The notes below the pieces were generated by a model. It was not told the origin of the DNA and ran no database searches. It saw only the letters and a list, made by a program, of their open reading frames with translations. This document shows, one piece after another, positions 1-9,229 of a stretch of DNA of 64,000 nt (positions are counted from its first letter, which is position 1; each line of letters begins with the position of its first letter). Made by a program: the position numbers and the translations under genes. Origin of the DNA: Flavobacterium sp. (lineage in GTDB: Bacteria; Bacteroidota; Bacteroidia; Flavobacteriales; Flavobacteriaceae). The stretch covers positions 25,494-89,493 of the forward strand of contig JADBYA010000006.1 in assembly GCA_020403245.1 (NCBI GenBank), in the 5' to 3' direction.

Positions 1-198
1 GGTTTCTACTCAACTCCCGGTTACTATACTACAGATAAAAACTATTTTGTAGAAACAACCATCTACTCTGTTAATCAAGATAAGTTGATTTGGTCTTGTA
101 CCTCTAAAACAGTCAATCCAACAAATATTGATAAAACCGTTAATGAAATAGCTCATGTAGTTACTGAAAGAATGAGAAAAGATGGATTCCTAAAATAG
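1..198 (+). CDS. 3' end of an uncharacterised protein (5' part outside window)
   Basis: Frame 1 is open from the window edge to TAG at 196-198 (...VNEIAHVVTERMRKDGFLK*). No family recognisable from 65 residues. Confidence 0.4.
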   Translation, partial: GFYSTPGYYTTDKNYFVETTIYSVNQDKLIWSCTSKTVNPTNIDKTVNEIAHVVTERMRKDGFLK

Positions 199-226
199 GT
201 TCACTAACAAAATTAACATTTATATT

Positions 227-234
227 TATTTTTG
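227..234 (+). promoter_or_regulatory. Bacteroidota-type -7 promoter box (TAnnTTTG)
   Basis: TATTTTTG read directly, 44 nt upstream of the ATG at 278. Confidence 0.35.
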
Positions 235-277
235 AGCAACGAATGTAGACACTACAAATACAAACAAATATTCAATA

Positions 278-1537
278 ATGACTCGTTTCTCTTCTGTAAA
301 TTTATTTTTAACTTTATTAGTGTTGCTTTCATTTCAAGGCAAGATTATTGCACAAAATACTTCTGAAATGGAAACAGTAAAGTGTCCAGTAAAATCTTTG
401 CCTGAACTATTTAAGAAAAAAGACTCGTTACTTGTTGTAAAACCATCTAAAAGCAATTTTTTTATTATTATTCCAGTTATTGGTTCACAACCAGCAACTG
501 GTTTTATGTTTGGAATTACCTCACAGTATACCTTTAAAGGAAAAAGTGCTGAAGATAAATATTCTACCATAAATCTTGGGGTAAACTATACCGAGAAAAA
601 TCAGGTAATAATCAACTTTAAGAACAATGTTATGCTAAATCATAACAAAATAACGCTGAGTGGTGATTGGCGATACTATATTTTTACACAAGCCAACTAT
701 GGTTTAGGAACTGATATTATACCTACGGTTAGAAATAATGATAATTTTACTATTGATGATATTACAGAACCTATGGATTATAATTATCTGAAATTTCATC
801 AAACTATTTCATGGCGAGTTAAAGGTAATTTTTATGTAGGAACTGGAATTCACATTGATCAGTATTCCGAAATAAATGATAATAATCTTGATATTGAAAA
901 CGAAATATTTACTGCCCATTATAATTACAATACAGCAAATGGGTTTAGTAATTCTGAGTATTATGTCAATGGTCTAAGTTTAAATTTATTATATGACTCT
1001 CGCGATAATCAAATTAATAGTAATCGTGGCTTATTCGGAAACATTAATGTAAGAATAAATCCAGCTTTAAACAACAATCAAAAACCCAGTTCAGTGCTTT
1101 ATACTGAATTACGCTATTTTATTCCTTTGAGTAAAACAAATAAGCAACACGTTTTGGGTTTTTGGACTTATGGGCAATTTGTAACTTCGGGTGTTGTGCC
1201 CTATCTCAATTTACCAGCTATTGGTTGGGATCAAAGAAGTAGAGCCGGAAAAGGATATGTGCAAGGATTGTTTCGGGGTAATGACTTATCCTACTTAGAG
1301 ATTGAATACCGATTCCCCATTAGTTGTAACCAACTTATAAGTGGTACGCTATTTTCAAATTTCACCTCGGCGAGTGATACCGATAGAAATATCAAAATGT
1401 TACAATATATTCAACCAGCCGCAGGAGTTGGATTGCGTATTCTAATTGATAAAGCTACTCGAACCAATTTAATTGCTAACTACGGCTGGGGAAGACAATC
1501 AAAAGCGTTTTATCTCAATGCTGGGGAAACATTTTAA
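278..1537 (+). CDS. Outer-membrane beta-barrel protein, Omp85/bacterial-surface-antigen-like
   Basis: Signal peptide (LLVLLSFQGKIIAQ). Strand-rich sequence with alternating hydrophobicity. C-terminus GVGLRILIDKATRTNLIANYGWG...FYLNAGETF ends in Phe, as in Omp85-type barrels. Confidence 0.55.
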   Translation: MTRFSSVNLFLTLLVLLSFQGKIIAQNTSEMETVKCPVKSLPELFKKKDSLLVVKPSKSNFFIIIPVIGSQPATGFMFGITSQYTFKGKSAEDKYSTINLGVNYTEKNQVIINFKNNVMLNHNKITLSGDWRYYIFTQANYGLGTDIIPTVRNNDNFTIDDITEPMDYNYLKFHQTISWRVKGNFYVGTGIHIDQYSEINDNNLDIENEIFTAHYNYNTANGFSNSEYYVNGLSLNLLYDSRDNQINSNRGLFGNINVRINPALNNNQKPSSVLYTELRYFIPLSKTNKQHVLGFWTYGQFVTSGVVPYLNLPAIGWDQRSRAGKGYVQGLFRGNDLSYLEIEYRFPISCNQLISGTLFSNFTSASDTDRNIKMLQYIQPAAGVGLRILIDKATRTNLIANYGWGRQSKAFYLNAGETF

Positions 1538-1564
1538 TTATCTAGAATGGGACTACCAACATCT

Positions 1565-1595
1565 AAGACACTCACAACCGAGTGTCTTTTTTTTT
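1565..1595 (+). terminator. Rho-independent terminator after the OMP gene
   Basis: AAGACACTC-acaacc-GAGTGTCTT hairpin followed by a T-run (seen directly). Confidence 0.7.
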
Positions 1596-1898
1596 ATCAA
1601 CCCTCGTCACCCTGAGCTGAGTTTACCCTTAGTTTTCGACGGGTCGAAGGGCATCAACCTCGTTTTTTGGGACAAGAGGAAAATAACACCCCATAAAAAC
1701 TCTTTCTATGATTTGTAAGAAAAAAAAAATATATTTGGAAAAAATAAAGCGACATAAAACTTAGCCAATCTAACCGATTTGGTTGTATATACGCAAGTTA
1801 TTGCGGGTATTTAGGAGTTAGCCACAATTTTTTAGAACTTTTATACTGAATACAATTTTTTTTATATATCTTCGTTATATAATAAATTATATTATCAA

Positions 1899-2357
1899 AT
1901 GATACAAACTAAAAAAACTACAACAGAACATTATGATGCTCTTTTAGACATTTTGGGCAGAAAATATATTAATTCAAAAATCGAAAGTCCTTTTGATTTT
2001 ATAAATATTGCAACTAAAGGTGTTAATGCTAATGTAATAAATAATTTTAGAAAGCACTTTAATATTCCACGTCATACTACTGCAGAGATGCTTAATATTT
2101 CAGCACCTACAATTTATCGTTGGGTAAAAGAAGATAAAAAGCTTGAAAGAAATTTTTCAGTACAACTTTTTGAACTAGCAGATCTATTTTTGTATGGAAA
2201 CGAAGTTTTTGGAAGTCAAACGAATTTTTTTAAATGGTTAGAATTGCCCAACACTGCACTAGGAGGTTTAGAGCCAAAAGAATTGTTAGAAATCCCAAAT
2301 GGAGTATCTAAAGTAAGAGATTTGCTTGGAAGGATTGAGTATGGTGTATATAGCTAG
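1899..2357 (+). CDS. Xre/MbcA/ParS-type antitoxin (DUF2384-like toxin-binding domain)
   Basis: 152 aa. HTH-like segment (TAEMLNISAPTIYRWVKE) plus C-terminal ...ALGGLEPKELLEIPNGVSKVRDLLGRIEYGVY typical of antitoxins paired with RES toxins. Ends 5 nt before the RES gene. Confidence 0.8.
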   Translation: MIQTKKTTTEHYDALLDILGRKYINSKIESPFDFINIATKGVNANVINNFRKHFNIPRHTTAEMLNISAPTIYRWVKEDKKLERNFSVQLFELADLFLYGNEVFGSQTNFFKWLELPNTALGGLEPKELLEIPNGVSKVRDLLGRIEYGVYS

Positions 2358-2362
2358 ATGTT

Positions 2363-2815
2363 ATGATAGTTTACAGAATTGCAAAAAGTAAACATGCTTC
2401 AGATATATCAGGTACAGGTGCTGCATTATTTCCTGGAAGATGGAATCAAAAAGGAACGCCAGTCTTATATACTGGACAATCAATAGAAATTGCATTACTT
2501 GAAAATATTGTTCATGCACCTCCAATGATTACTCCTGATCTTGATATTTTAACGATAGAGATTCCAGATGATTCAATATTAGAATTGAAAATTTCAGATT
2601 TGCCCAGTAATTGGTCAAATTATCCAGCGCCAACAATTTTGTCACAAATTGGGCAAGAATGGGTAAATGAAGGAAAAGAAATTTCACTTAAAATTCCAAG
2701 TTGTATAATTCAGACTTCACACAACTATATTTTAAATTGCCAACATAAAGACTTCAATAGAGTAAAAGTAATAGATCATAGTAAATTTTATTTTGACCCG
2801 AGATTAATTAAATAA
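2363..2815 (+). CDS. RES-domain toxin (NAD+-targeting type II toxin family)
   Basis: 150 aa. N-terminus VYRIAKSKHASDISGTGAALFPGRWNQKGTPVLYTGQSIEIALLENIVH matches the RES-domain Arg/Glu/Ser pattern. Sits immediately after the antitoxin. Confidence 0.85.
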   Translation: MIVYRIAKSKHASDISGTGAALFPGRWNQKGTPVLYTGQSIEIALLENIVHAPPMITPDLDILTIEIPDDSILELKISDLPSNWSNYPAPTILSQIGQEWVNEGKEISLKIPSCIIQTSHNYILNCQHKDFNRVKVIDHSKFYFDPRLIK

Positions 2816-2989
2816 AACTGTGGCTAACAGATTACACGCTATTGCGAACCCCGATAGCTCAGATTTACACCCGAGCACAGCAAACTGACAAAGTAATCCG
2901 TGCCCAGCTCTACAAAATCTTCTCATCTTCATAAACACACTAAGATAAACCCCAAGGACACAATGTAAAACTCCTAAATTGTAATTGCT

Positions 2990-2997
2990 TACCTTTG
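2990..2997 (+). promoter_or_regulatory. -7 promoter box (TAnnTTTG) for the helicase gene
   Basis: TACCTTTG, 18 nt upstream of the ATG at 3015. Confidence 0.4.
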
Positions 2998-3014
2998 CTC
3001 TAAATTCAAACTAA

Positions 3015-4358
3015 ATGAGCACATTTGAGCAATTCAACCTACCAAAATCATTACAAAAAGCAGTTGACAATCTCGGGCTAACAACCCCAACACCCATTCA
3101 AGAAAAATCTTTTTCGGTGATAATGTCGGGTCGCGATATGATGGGAATTGCACAAACAGGAACTGGCAAAACCTTTGCCTACCTCTTGCCTATCCTAAAA
3201 CAATGGCAGTTTGTGGCTACTGATACTCCACGAATAATGATACTGGTTCCAACACGCGAACTAGTAGTTCAAATTGCTGCCGAAGTGGAAAAGTTAACAC
3301 AATTCATGTCAGTAAGAACACTTGGTGTGTATGGTGGTGTTAACATCAATACACAAAAAAAAACAGTGTACAGTGGTATCGACATACTCGTGGGTACACC
3401 CGGAAGAATTATGGATTTAGCATTAGACAATGTTATCCGATTTGACAGTATGCAAAAACTAGTTATTGATGAATTTGACGAAATACTAAACCTTGGGTTT
3501 CGCTCGCAAGTAACTTCTATCCTCTCGATGCTAAAGAATAAACGTCAAAACATACTCTTCTCAGCTACCATGACAGAGGAAGTAGATGAAATGTTGGAAG
3601 AATATTTCGATTTTCCCGTAGAAGTTTCTCTCGCGCCAAGTGGAACGCCATTAGAAAAAATTGAACAATTGGGCTATAAGGTTCCTAACTTTCTAACCAA
3701 AGTAAATCTGATTATTGAATTATTAAAAGACGACGCTTTTGAAAGAGTATTGCTTTTTGTCAATAATAAAAAAACAGCCGATTTATTAGCCGATAAGTTA
3801 GAAGAAGTTTTTCCAGACCAATTTGGAACGATACACTCCAATAAATCTCAAAACTATCGTTTGCAAACCATGGCAACGTTTCAAGCGGGAGAAATTCGTG
3901 GTATTGTCACCACAGATGTCATGGCAAGAGGTTTGGATATTTCCGATATTACTCATGTGATTAATGTAGAATTTCCAGAAATTCCCGAACAATATATTCA
4001 CCGCATCGGTAGAACAGGAAGAGCTGATAAATCAGGGATAGCCATTAGTCTAATCAGTCCGAGAGAGGAAGACATCATGATAGAAGCAGAAGTAGTAATG
4101 GAAAAAGAAATCCGTTTCATTCCCTTTCCTCCTGCTGTTGAAGTTTCAGTGCGTTTACTCGAATTTGAAAAAGACAAAAAGAAAATGAAGGTTATTTTGA
4201 AAACCAACAAACTCGAAGGTGGCGCTTCGTTTCATGAAAAAGCAAAGAAAAATACAAAAGTAAACCTTGGTGGACCATCAAAAACCAAGAAAAAAACAGG
4301 AACTTCTGTAAATCGAAATATTTTAAAAAACAGAGCTGCGAAAAGGAAGAAAAAGTAG
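3015..4358 (+). CDS. DEAD-box ATP-dependent RNA helicase with basic C-terminal tail
   Basis: Q-motif region, Walker A AQTGTGKT, DEFD box (VIDEFDEIL), SAT, HRIGRTGR, and a Lys-rich tail. Confidence 0.92.
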   Translation: MSTFEQFNLPKSLQKAVDNLGLTTPTPIQEKSFSVIMSGRDMMGIAQTGTGKTFAYLLPILKQWQFVATDTPRIMILVPTRELVVQIAAEVEKLTQFMSVRTLGVYGGVNINTQKKTVYSGIDILVGTPGRIMDLALDNVIRFDSMQKLVIDEFDEILNLGFRSQVTSILSMLKNKRQNILFSATMTEEVDEMLEEYFDFPVEVSLAPSGTPLEKIEQLGYKVPNFLTKVNLIIELLKDDAFERVLLFVNNKKTADLLADKLEEVFPDQFGTIHSNKSQNYRLQTMATFQAGEIRGIVTTDVMARGLDISDITHVINVEFPEIPEQYIHRIGRTGRADKSGIAISLISPREEDIMIEAEVVMEKEIRFIPFPPAVEVSVRLLEFEKDKKKMKVILKTNKLEGGASFHEKAKKNTKVNLGGPSKTKKKTGTSVNRNILKNRAAKRKKK

Positions 4359-4448
4359 TGTTCAGTGTTCAGTTATAGGTTGGCAGTAAAAAGGTCGCCA
4401 TAATTTAAAAATCTGAACACTAAATACGGAACACTGAACACTTTTTTT
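4356..4448. repeat. Palindromic GTGTTCAGTGTTCAG element (copy A), doubling as terminator
   Basis: TAGTGTTCAGTGTTCAG begins on the helicase stop codon. Its reverse complement GAACACTGAACAC lies at 4429-4441, followed by T7. The same 17-mer recurs at 61226. Confidence 0.7.
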
Positions 4449-4450
4449 AC

Positions 4451-4458
4451 TATTTTTG
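4451..4458 (+). promoter_or_regulatory. -7 promoter box (TAnnTTTG)
   Basis: TATTTTTG, 67 nt upstream of the ATG at 4525. Confidence 0.3.
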
Positions 4459-4524
4459 ACACATCGAAGATTCACCGAACAGCGATAACCAAAAAACTTA
4501 CCATGAGGTAAATCAAAATTAGAA

Positions 4525-6453
4525 ATGAATTTTAAACATCCAGAAATTCTATATTTCCTTTTCCTATTGGTTATCCCAATTCTGGTTCATTTATTTCAAC
4601 TGCGACGCTTCAAGAAAGAATATTTCACCAACGTACAATTCCTAAAAGAACTTTCAATCCAAACCCGAAAAAGTTCGACCATCAAAAAATGGTTATTACT
4701 TTTTACAAGATTATTACTGCTATCCTTTTTGATATTGGCTTTTGCACAACCGTTTTTCACTGCCAAAGAAAGCAAAAAAGCTACCAATGAGATGTATATC
4801 ATTTTGGACAATTCCTATAGCATGCAGGCCAAAGGCAAAAAAGGAGAATTGCTGAAGCGTGCCATACAAGATTTATTAGAACACACGCCCGAAATACAAA
4901 ACTTCTCGTTGATCACAAACAATGAAACCTATTGGAATACCGATATCAAAGCCATACAAAAGGATTTGCAAGACTTGAAATACAGTGCCACTGCTTTCCA
5001 ACTAGATAATTTGATAGCCAAAGTTAATGCTCGAAAATCAGCTTTCAACAAAGACATCATTGTCATTACCGATGCGGTTGGTTTAGTAACCAATCAAGCC
5101 AAAAGTTTTAGAAAAGAAGACAACGTGTATTTTATCATTCCAGAAGCAGAACAAAAAAACAACATCGCTATTGACAGTGTATTTATCCAACAAACACTGG
5201 ACAATTTTTATGAAATTGGAGTAAAACTTTCAGCTAATGGTGATGGCTTTAAAGAAATTCCCATTGCACTATACCATAACAACAAATTGACTGCAAAGAC
5301 TTTAGTCAACTTTGAAATCAATACCAAAACAGTCAATTTTACCATTCCTAAAGAAGACTTTCATGGCTATGTTTCTATTTCAGACAAAGGGTTGGCGTAT
5401 GACAACACCTATTATTTCAGTATCTCTAAACCAAGTAAGACCAATGTTATCAGTATTGGTGAAAGCGAAAAAAGTGGTTTCTTAGCTAGAATTTATACTA
5501 ATGATGAGTTTGATTATACTAACTATCCAATAGCAAATTTGGATTATAACCTTTTGGAAAAACAAGATGCTATTGTATTGAATGAAATAATAGAAATTCC
5601 GCAAGCGCTTCAAACTACTTTAAAATCCTTTGTCAATAAAGGTGGTAATCTAATCATTATTCCTTCACAAGAAAGTAATTTAAGTACTCTAAATGCATCT
5701 TTAGGAAACTTTGGCGCCATTGAACTGAAAGAAGGAACAAATACAGATAAAAAAATAACCAAAATCAATTTCAATCATCCAGTATTTAGTTCGGTTTTCG
5801 AGAAAAAAATAGATAACTTTCAATATCCAACTACCAAAACATCTTTCGTTTTAAATACTACAGCACCAGCTATTTTGAACTATGATGATCAAAGTGTTTT
5901 CTTGGCTTCGGTAGCTAATCCTTTGTCCTCTGTATATGTTTTTGCTGCACCCATAAACAAAACCAATAGTAATTTTCAGAATTCACCCTTAATAGTGCCA
6001 CTATTCTATAACATGGCTCAAAATACGATGAAAACAGGCGTTAATGCTATTACTATTGGTGAAAACCAACCTTATATTGTAGATGCTTTGCTATCAAAAG
6101 ATGAGATACTTACAATAAAAAATAATACAGAAAGTTTTATTCCAGTACAACAACTGCTTAACACAAAGGTGAAAATGACTTTCAATGATAATCCAAATGA
6201 AGCAGGAAATTTTGGTATCTTTAACAACAAATTTTTAATGCAAAATATCAGTTTTAATTATTCCAGAACCGAGAGTAATTTAGCATTGGTTAATCCTGAT
6301 ATTGCAGCCAATTACAAAAAAATTGATGATATAGAAACGGTTTTTAATACCATACAAACCGATAGAACAGATACACAAATCTGGAAATGGTTTGTGGTGC
6401 TTACCCTACTCTTTTTAGTATTAGAATTACTCATTCAAAAATTTGTAAAATGA
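4525..6453 (+). CDS. BatA-N-domain (double N-terminal TM) membrane protein
   Basis: N-terminus MNFKHPEILYFLFLLVIPILVHLFQLRRFKK plus a second TM, as in the aerotolerance BatA_N family. C-terminal TM anchor. 642 aa. Confidence 0.6.
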   Translation: MNFKHPEILYFLFLLVIPILVHLFQLRRFKKEYFTNVQFLKELSIQTRKSSTIKKWLLLFTRLLLLSFLILAFAQPFFTAKESKKATNEMYIILDNSYSMQAKGKKGELLKRAIQDLLEHTPEIQNFSLITNNETYWNTDIKAIQKDLQDLKYSATAFQLDNLIAKVNARKSAFNKDIIVITDAVGLVTNQAKSFRKEDNVYFIIPEAEQKNNIAIDSVFIQQTLDNFYEIGVKLSANGDGFKEIPIALYHNNKLTAKTLVNFEINTKTVNFTIPKEDFHGYVSISDKGLAYDNTYYFSISKPSKTNVISIGESEKSGFLARIYTNDEFDYTNYPIANLDYNLLEKQDAIVLNEIIEIPQALQTTLKSFVNKGGNLIIIPSQESNLSTLNASLGNFGAIELKEGTNTDKKITKINFNHPVFSSVFEKKIDNFQYPTTKTSFVLNTTAPAILNYDDQSVFLASVANPLSSVYVFAAPINKTNSNFQNSPLIVPLFYNMAQNTMKTGVNAITIGENQPYIVDALLSKDEILTIKNNTESFIPVQQLLNTKVKMTFNDNPNEAGNFGIFNNKFLMQNISFNYSRTESNLALVNPDIAANYKKIDDIETVFNTIQTDRTDTQIWKWFVVLTLLFLVLELLIQKFVK

Positions 6454-7703
6454 ACCTAATCATTCGAAAAGCAACCATTATTGATCCTCAAAGTCCTTTT
6501 CACAATCAAACCATTGATTTGAAAATTACGGAAGGTGTTATTGAAAAAATAGGTGTTTCAATTCCTAAGTCAGACACGCATCAAGAGTTTCAACAGGATG
6601 GTCTTCATCTTTCACAAGGGTGGTTTGATACCAGTGTGTCTTTTGGTGAACCTGGTTTTGAAGATAGAGAAACCATAGCCAACGGACTAGATGTAGCTGC
6701 CAGAAGCGGTTTTACAGGCATTGCATTGCAACCTAACTCCTATCCTATCATAGACAATCAATCGCAAGTACATTTTGTAAAACAAAAAGCGATAAACTCG
6801 TCTACAGAATTGTTTCCTATTGGCGCTTTAACCAAAGGAAGTGAAGGAAAAGATATGGCCGAACTGTTTGATATGAAAAATGCGGGTGCCATTGCCTTTG
6901 GCGATTATGGTAAAAGTTTGACAAATGCTAATCTGCTGAAAATTGGGTTGCAATACGTTCAGGATTTCGATGGATTAGTCATCGCCTTTTGTCAAGATGA
7001 AACCATCAAGGGAAATGGTGTTGCCAATGAAGGCATTGTCTCTACACGGTTAGGGTTAAAAGGCATTCCCAACTTAGCAGAAGAGCTAATAGTAGCTAGA
7101 AATCTATTCTTGTTGGAATATACTGGTGGTAAAATGCACATTCCAACTATTTCGACAGCCAAGTCAGTTGCTTTAATTAAAGAAGCCAAAAAGAAAGGAT
7201 TACAGGTTACTTGTAGTGTTTCTGTGCATCATTTGGTCATGACTGATGAAAAACTAGAGGGTTTTGATACCCGATATAAAGTATCACCGCCATTGCGAAC
7301 CGATAATGATAGACAATCATTAATCGCTGGAGTTATTGATAATACAATAGATTGCATCACAAGCGACCACAATCCGATTGATATTGAAAATAAAAAGATG
7401 GAATTTGATTTGGCAAAAAATGGAACCATAGGTTTGGAAAGTTCTTTCGGGGCTTTAACAACCGTTTTACCTTTGGAAAAAATTGTTGAAAAATTAACTT
7501 TCGGTAAGAATATATTAAATATTGAAAGTGAAATAATTAATGAAAATAAAAAAGCAAATTTAACACTGTTTCAAATTACATCAAATTGGACTTTTAAAAA
7601 AGAAAACATGCTGTCAAAATCCAAAAACTCAGCTTTCTTAGGACATGAAATGAAAGGAAAAGTTATTGGAATTTTTACTAAAGGGAAATTGGTTTTATCG
7701 TAA
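6450..7703 (+). CDS. Dihydroorotase-like amidohydrolase, probably non-catalytic
   Basis: DHOase-like throughout (GEPGFEDRETI, SDHNP). ATG at 6450 forms an ATGA overlap with the upstream stop. The longer 6387 start would overlap the previous gene by 67 nt. Metal-ligand HxH is replaced by DTSVS. Confidence 0.7.
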   Translation: MNLIIRKATIIDPQSPFHNQTIDLKITEGVIEKIGVSIPKSDTHQEFQQDGLHLSQGWFDTSVSFGEPGFEDRETIANGLDVAARSGFTGIALQPNSYPIIDNQSQVHFVKQKAINSSTELFPIGALTKGSEGKDMAELFDMKNAGAIAFGDYGKSLTNANLLKIGLQYVQDFDGLVIAFCQDETIKGNGVANEGIVSTRLGLKGIPNLAEELIVARNLFLLEYTGGKMHIPTISTAKSVALIKEAKKKGLQVTCSVSVHHLVMTDEKLEGFDTRYKVSPPLRTDNDRQSLIAGVIDNTIDCITSDHNPIDIENKKMEFDLAKNGTIGLESSFGALTTVLPLEKIVEKLTFGKNILNIESEIINENKKANLTLFQITSNWTFKKENMLSKSKNSAFLGHEMKGKVIGIFTKGKLVLS

Positions 7704-7715
7704 TACAGAACGACT

Positions 7716-8039
7716 ATGGAAAATATTGAAAAATCAAAAAATACCGCTATCATTGCCTATTTTACCATTATAGGTAGCGTGATTGCTATTTTCATGAATC
7801 AAGAAGAGAATAAAAGTGAATTTGCTTCTTTTCACATCCGACAAACTTTGGGGCTATTTATTTCGTTCTTTATGTTGGGTTATTTTGTTGGATATGTCAA
7901 CAGTTGGACTGCTACATCAGCATTTTACTTGTTCTATTTTATCCTTTGGATATATGGTTTCTCAGGTGCTTTACAAGGAATCAAAAGAGAACTGCCGATA
8001 GTGGGTGGTTTTTTTCAAAAAACATTTAAAAGTTTATAA
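7716..8039 (+). CDS. Small integral membrane protein (DUF4870-like)
   Basis: 107 aa with three hydrophobic helices. TAATG stop/start overlap with the next gene. Confidence 0.5.
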   Translation: MENIEKSKNTAIIAYFTIIGSVIAIFMNQEENKSEFASFHIRQTLGLFISFFMLGYFVGYVNSWTATSAFYLFYFILWIYGFSGALQGIKRELPIVGGFFQKTFKSL

Positions 8040-8713
8040 TGAGTTTGTCGTTACACTACTTAATCAGAGAACCCAAAATAGAGAAAGACACTCGAGGCAA
8101 CGCCGAACAGAGCGAAGCTAAAAAACCATTGCTCCTATTGCTTCATGGATATGGCAGCAATGAAGAGGATTTGTTTTCTTTTGCCAGAGAACTTCCAGAA
8201 GATTACTATGTAGTTTCGGCTCGTGCACCATTTGATTTGATGTATGGCAGTTATGCATGGTATGCTATCAATTTTGATGCTGACGAAAATAAATTTTCGG
8301 ATATTGGCCAGGCAAGAGCTTCAAGAGATGTAATTATTGGATTTATTGATGAATTACTACTTAATTATCCTATTGATGCTGGTAATGTTGCTTTAATTGG
8401 TTTTAGTCAAGGCGCTATTTTGGGATATGCTGTTGCATTATCGTATCCAGAAAAAGTACAGCGATTAGTAGCCATGAGTGGATACTTAAACACCGAAATG
8501 GCGGTTGACGATTGTAAAGAAAACGACTTGAGCACTTTAAAAATATTTGCCTCTCACGGAACCGTTGATCAAGTTATTCCTGTAGAATGGGCAAGAAAAT
8601 CAATTCCTGTTTTAGAAAGTTTGGGAATTGAAGTAGTTTATAAAGAGTATCCTGTTGGACATGGAGTTGCACCACAAAATTTCTTTGATTTTAAAAATTG
8701 GCTACTTCAATAA
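8039..8713 (+). CDS. Alpha/beta hydrolase, phospholipase/carboxylesterase family
   Basis: LLLLHGYGSNEED, nucleophile elbow GFSQGA, and C-terminal His (GHGV). Confidence 0.8.
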   Translation: MSLSLHYLIREPKIEKDTRGNAEQSEAKKPLLLLLHGYGSNEEDLFSFARELPEDYYVVSARAPFDLMYGSYAWYAINFDADENKFSDIGQARASRDVIIGFIDELLLNYPIDAGNVALIGFSQGAILGYAVALSYPEKVQRLVAMSGYLNTEMAVDDCKENDLSTLKIFASHGTVDQVIPVEWARKSIPVLESLGIEVVYKEYPVGHGVAPQNFFDFKNWLLQ

Positions 8714-8725
8714 AAAAAGGATTCG

Positions 8726-9211
8726 TTATTGTTCAGTGTCGCTTCCTAATACTTTTTTTCCCATTTCAGCATCACCCATATATTTGTTTTCACCACCTTT
8801 TTTAAGCACATACCCTTTCCATGCAATAAGTTGCCAATCTTTATATACCCATGGTTTGCCTTCTGCGCTTCGTGTTAAAACAATTGAAGAAGTGTCCTTA
8901 GGTAAAAAAACTTCAGCTTGACTAGCATCTTCATTAAATAATACATAAGCACTAGCTGTTTCATCTTCGTTAGTTGCATCATTCATAGGATTTAACTGAA
9001 TGCCAGAATATCCTTTGATACATTCATTATTTACTTTTGACCAAACATAACCGGCTGATGACAAACAACCGTTTTCGTCTTTATCATTTACAACAGTAGA
9101 ATCTTTTGTAGTTGTATTATTTGCGACTTTTTCTTCGATATCTTTCTCATCAGTAAGTTTACAAGAATAAATGAAAATAGAAAAAATAAGAATAGTGGTT
9201 ATTTTTTTCAT
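8726..9211 (-). CDS. Hypothetical lipoprotein
   Basis: Lipobox IFIYSC. 161 aa. No family recognised. Confidence 0.5.
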   Translation of the reverse strand: MKKITTILIFSIFIYSCKLTDEKDIEEKVANNTTTKDSTVVNDKDENGCLSSAGYVWSKVNNECIKGYSGIQLNPMNDATNEDETASAYVLFNEDASQAEVFLPKDTSSIVLTRSAEGKPWVYKDWQLIAWKGYVLKKGGENKYMGDAEMGKKVLGSDTEQ

Positions 9212-9229
9212 TATTAATAAATTTGATTA

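Noticed and set aside
1473-1718. An 81-aa ORF that crosses the OMP gene end and the intergenic region. It includes a GTCACCCTGAGC...GTCGAAGGGC segment (about 1600-1660) that recalls dispersed Bacteroidota intergenic repeats.
   Set aside because: The ORF runs through a strong terminator hairpin. Only one copy of the segment is present in the window, so repeat status cannot be supported from this sequence alone.
2822-2833. The 12-mer GGCTAACAGATT, shared between 2822-2833 and 39606-39617, and the 10-bp inverted TGTGGCTAAC at 1819-1828 and 2820-2829 flanking the toxin-antitoxin pair.
   Set aside because: In 64 kb, on the order of a hundred identical 12-mer pairs are expected by chance. The flanking sequence diverges immediately. 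This is too short to call a repeat or an insertion footprint without genome-wide counts.
2853-2862. A tRNA-like D-arm string, GATAGCTCAG, in the spacer after the RES toxin.
   Set aside because: No acceptor stem, anticodon arm or T-arm (GTTCGAATC-type) can be built around it, so it is not a tRNA.
6387-6449. The longer ORF-track start (6387) for the dihydroorotase-like gene.
   Set aside because: It would overlap the upstream gene by 67 nt and adds a hydrophobic, non-homologous leader. The ATG at 6450 gives an ATGA stop/start overlap and a canonical MNLIIRKATIID N-terminus.
8655-8921. An 88-aa plus-strand ORF spanning the esterase 3' end and the convergent lipoprotein gene.
   Set aside because: It overlaps two better-supported genes on both strands and has no independent support.
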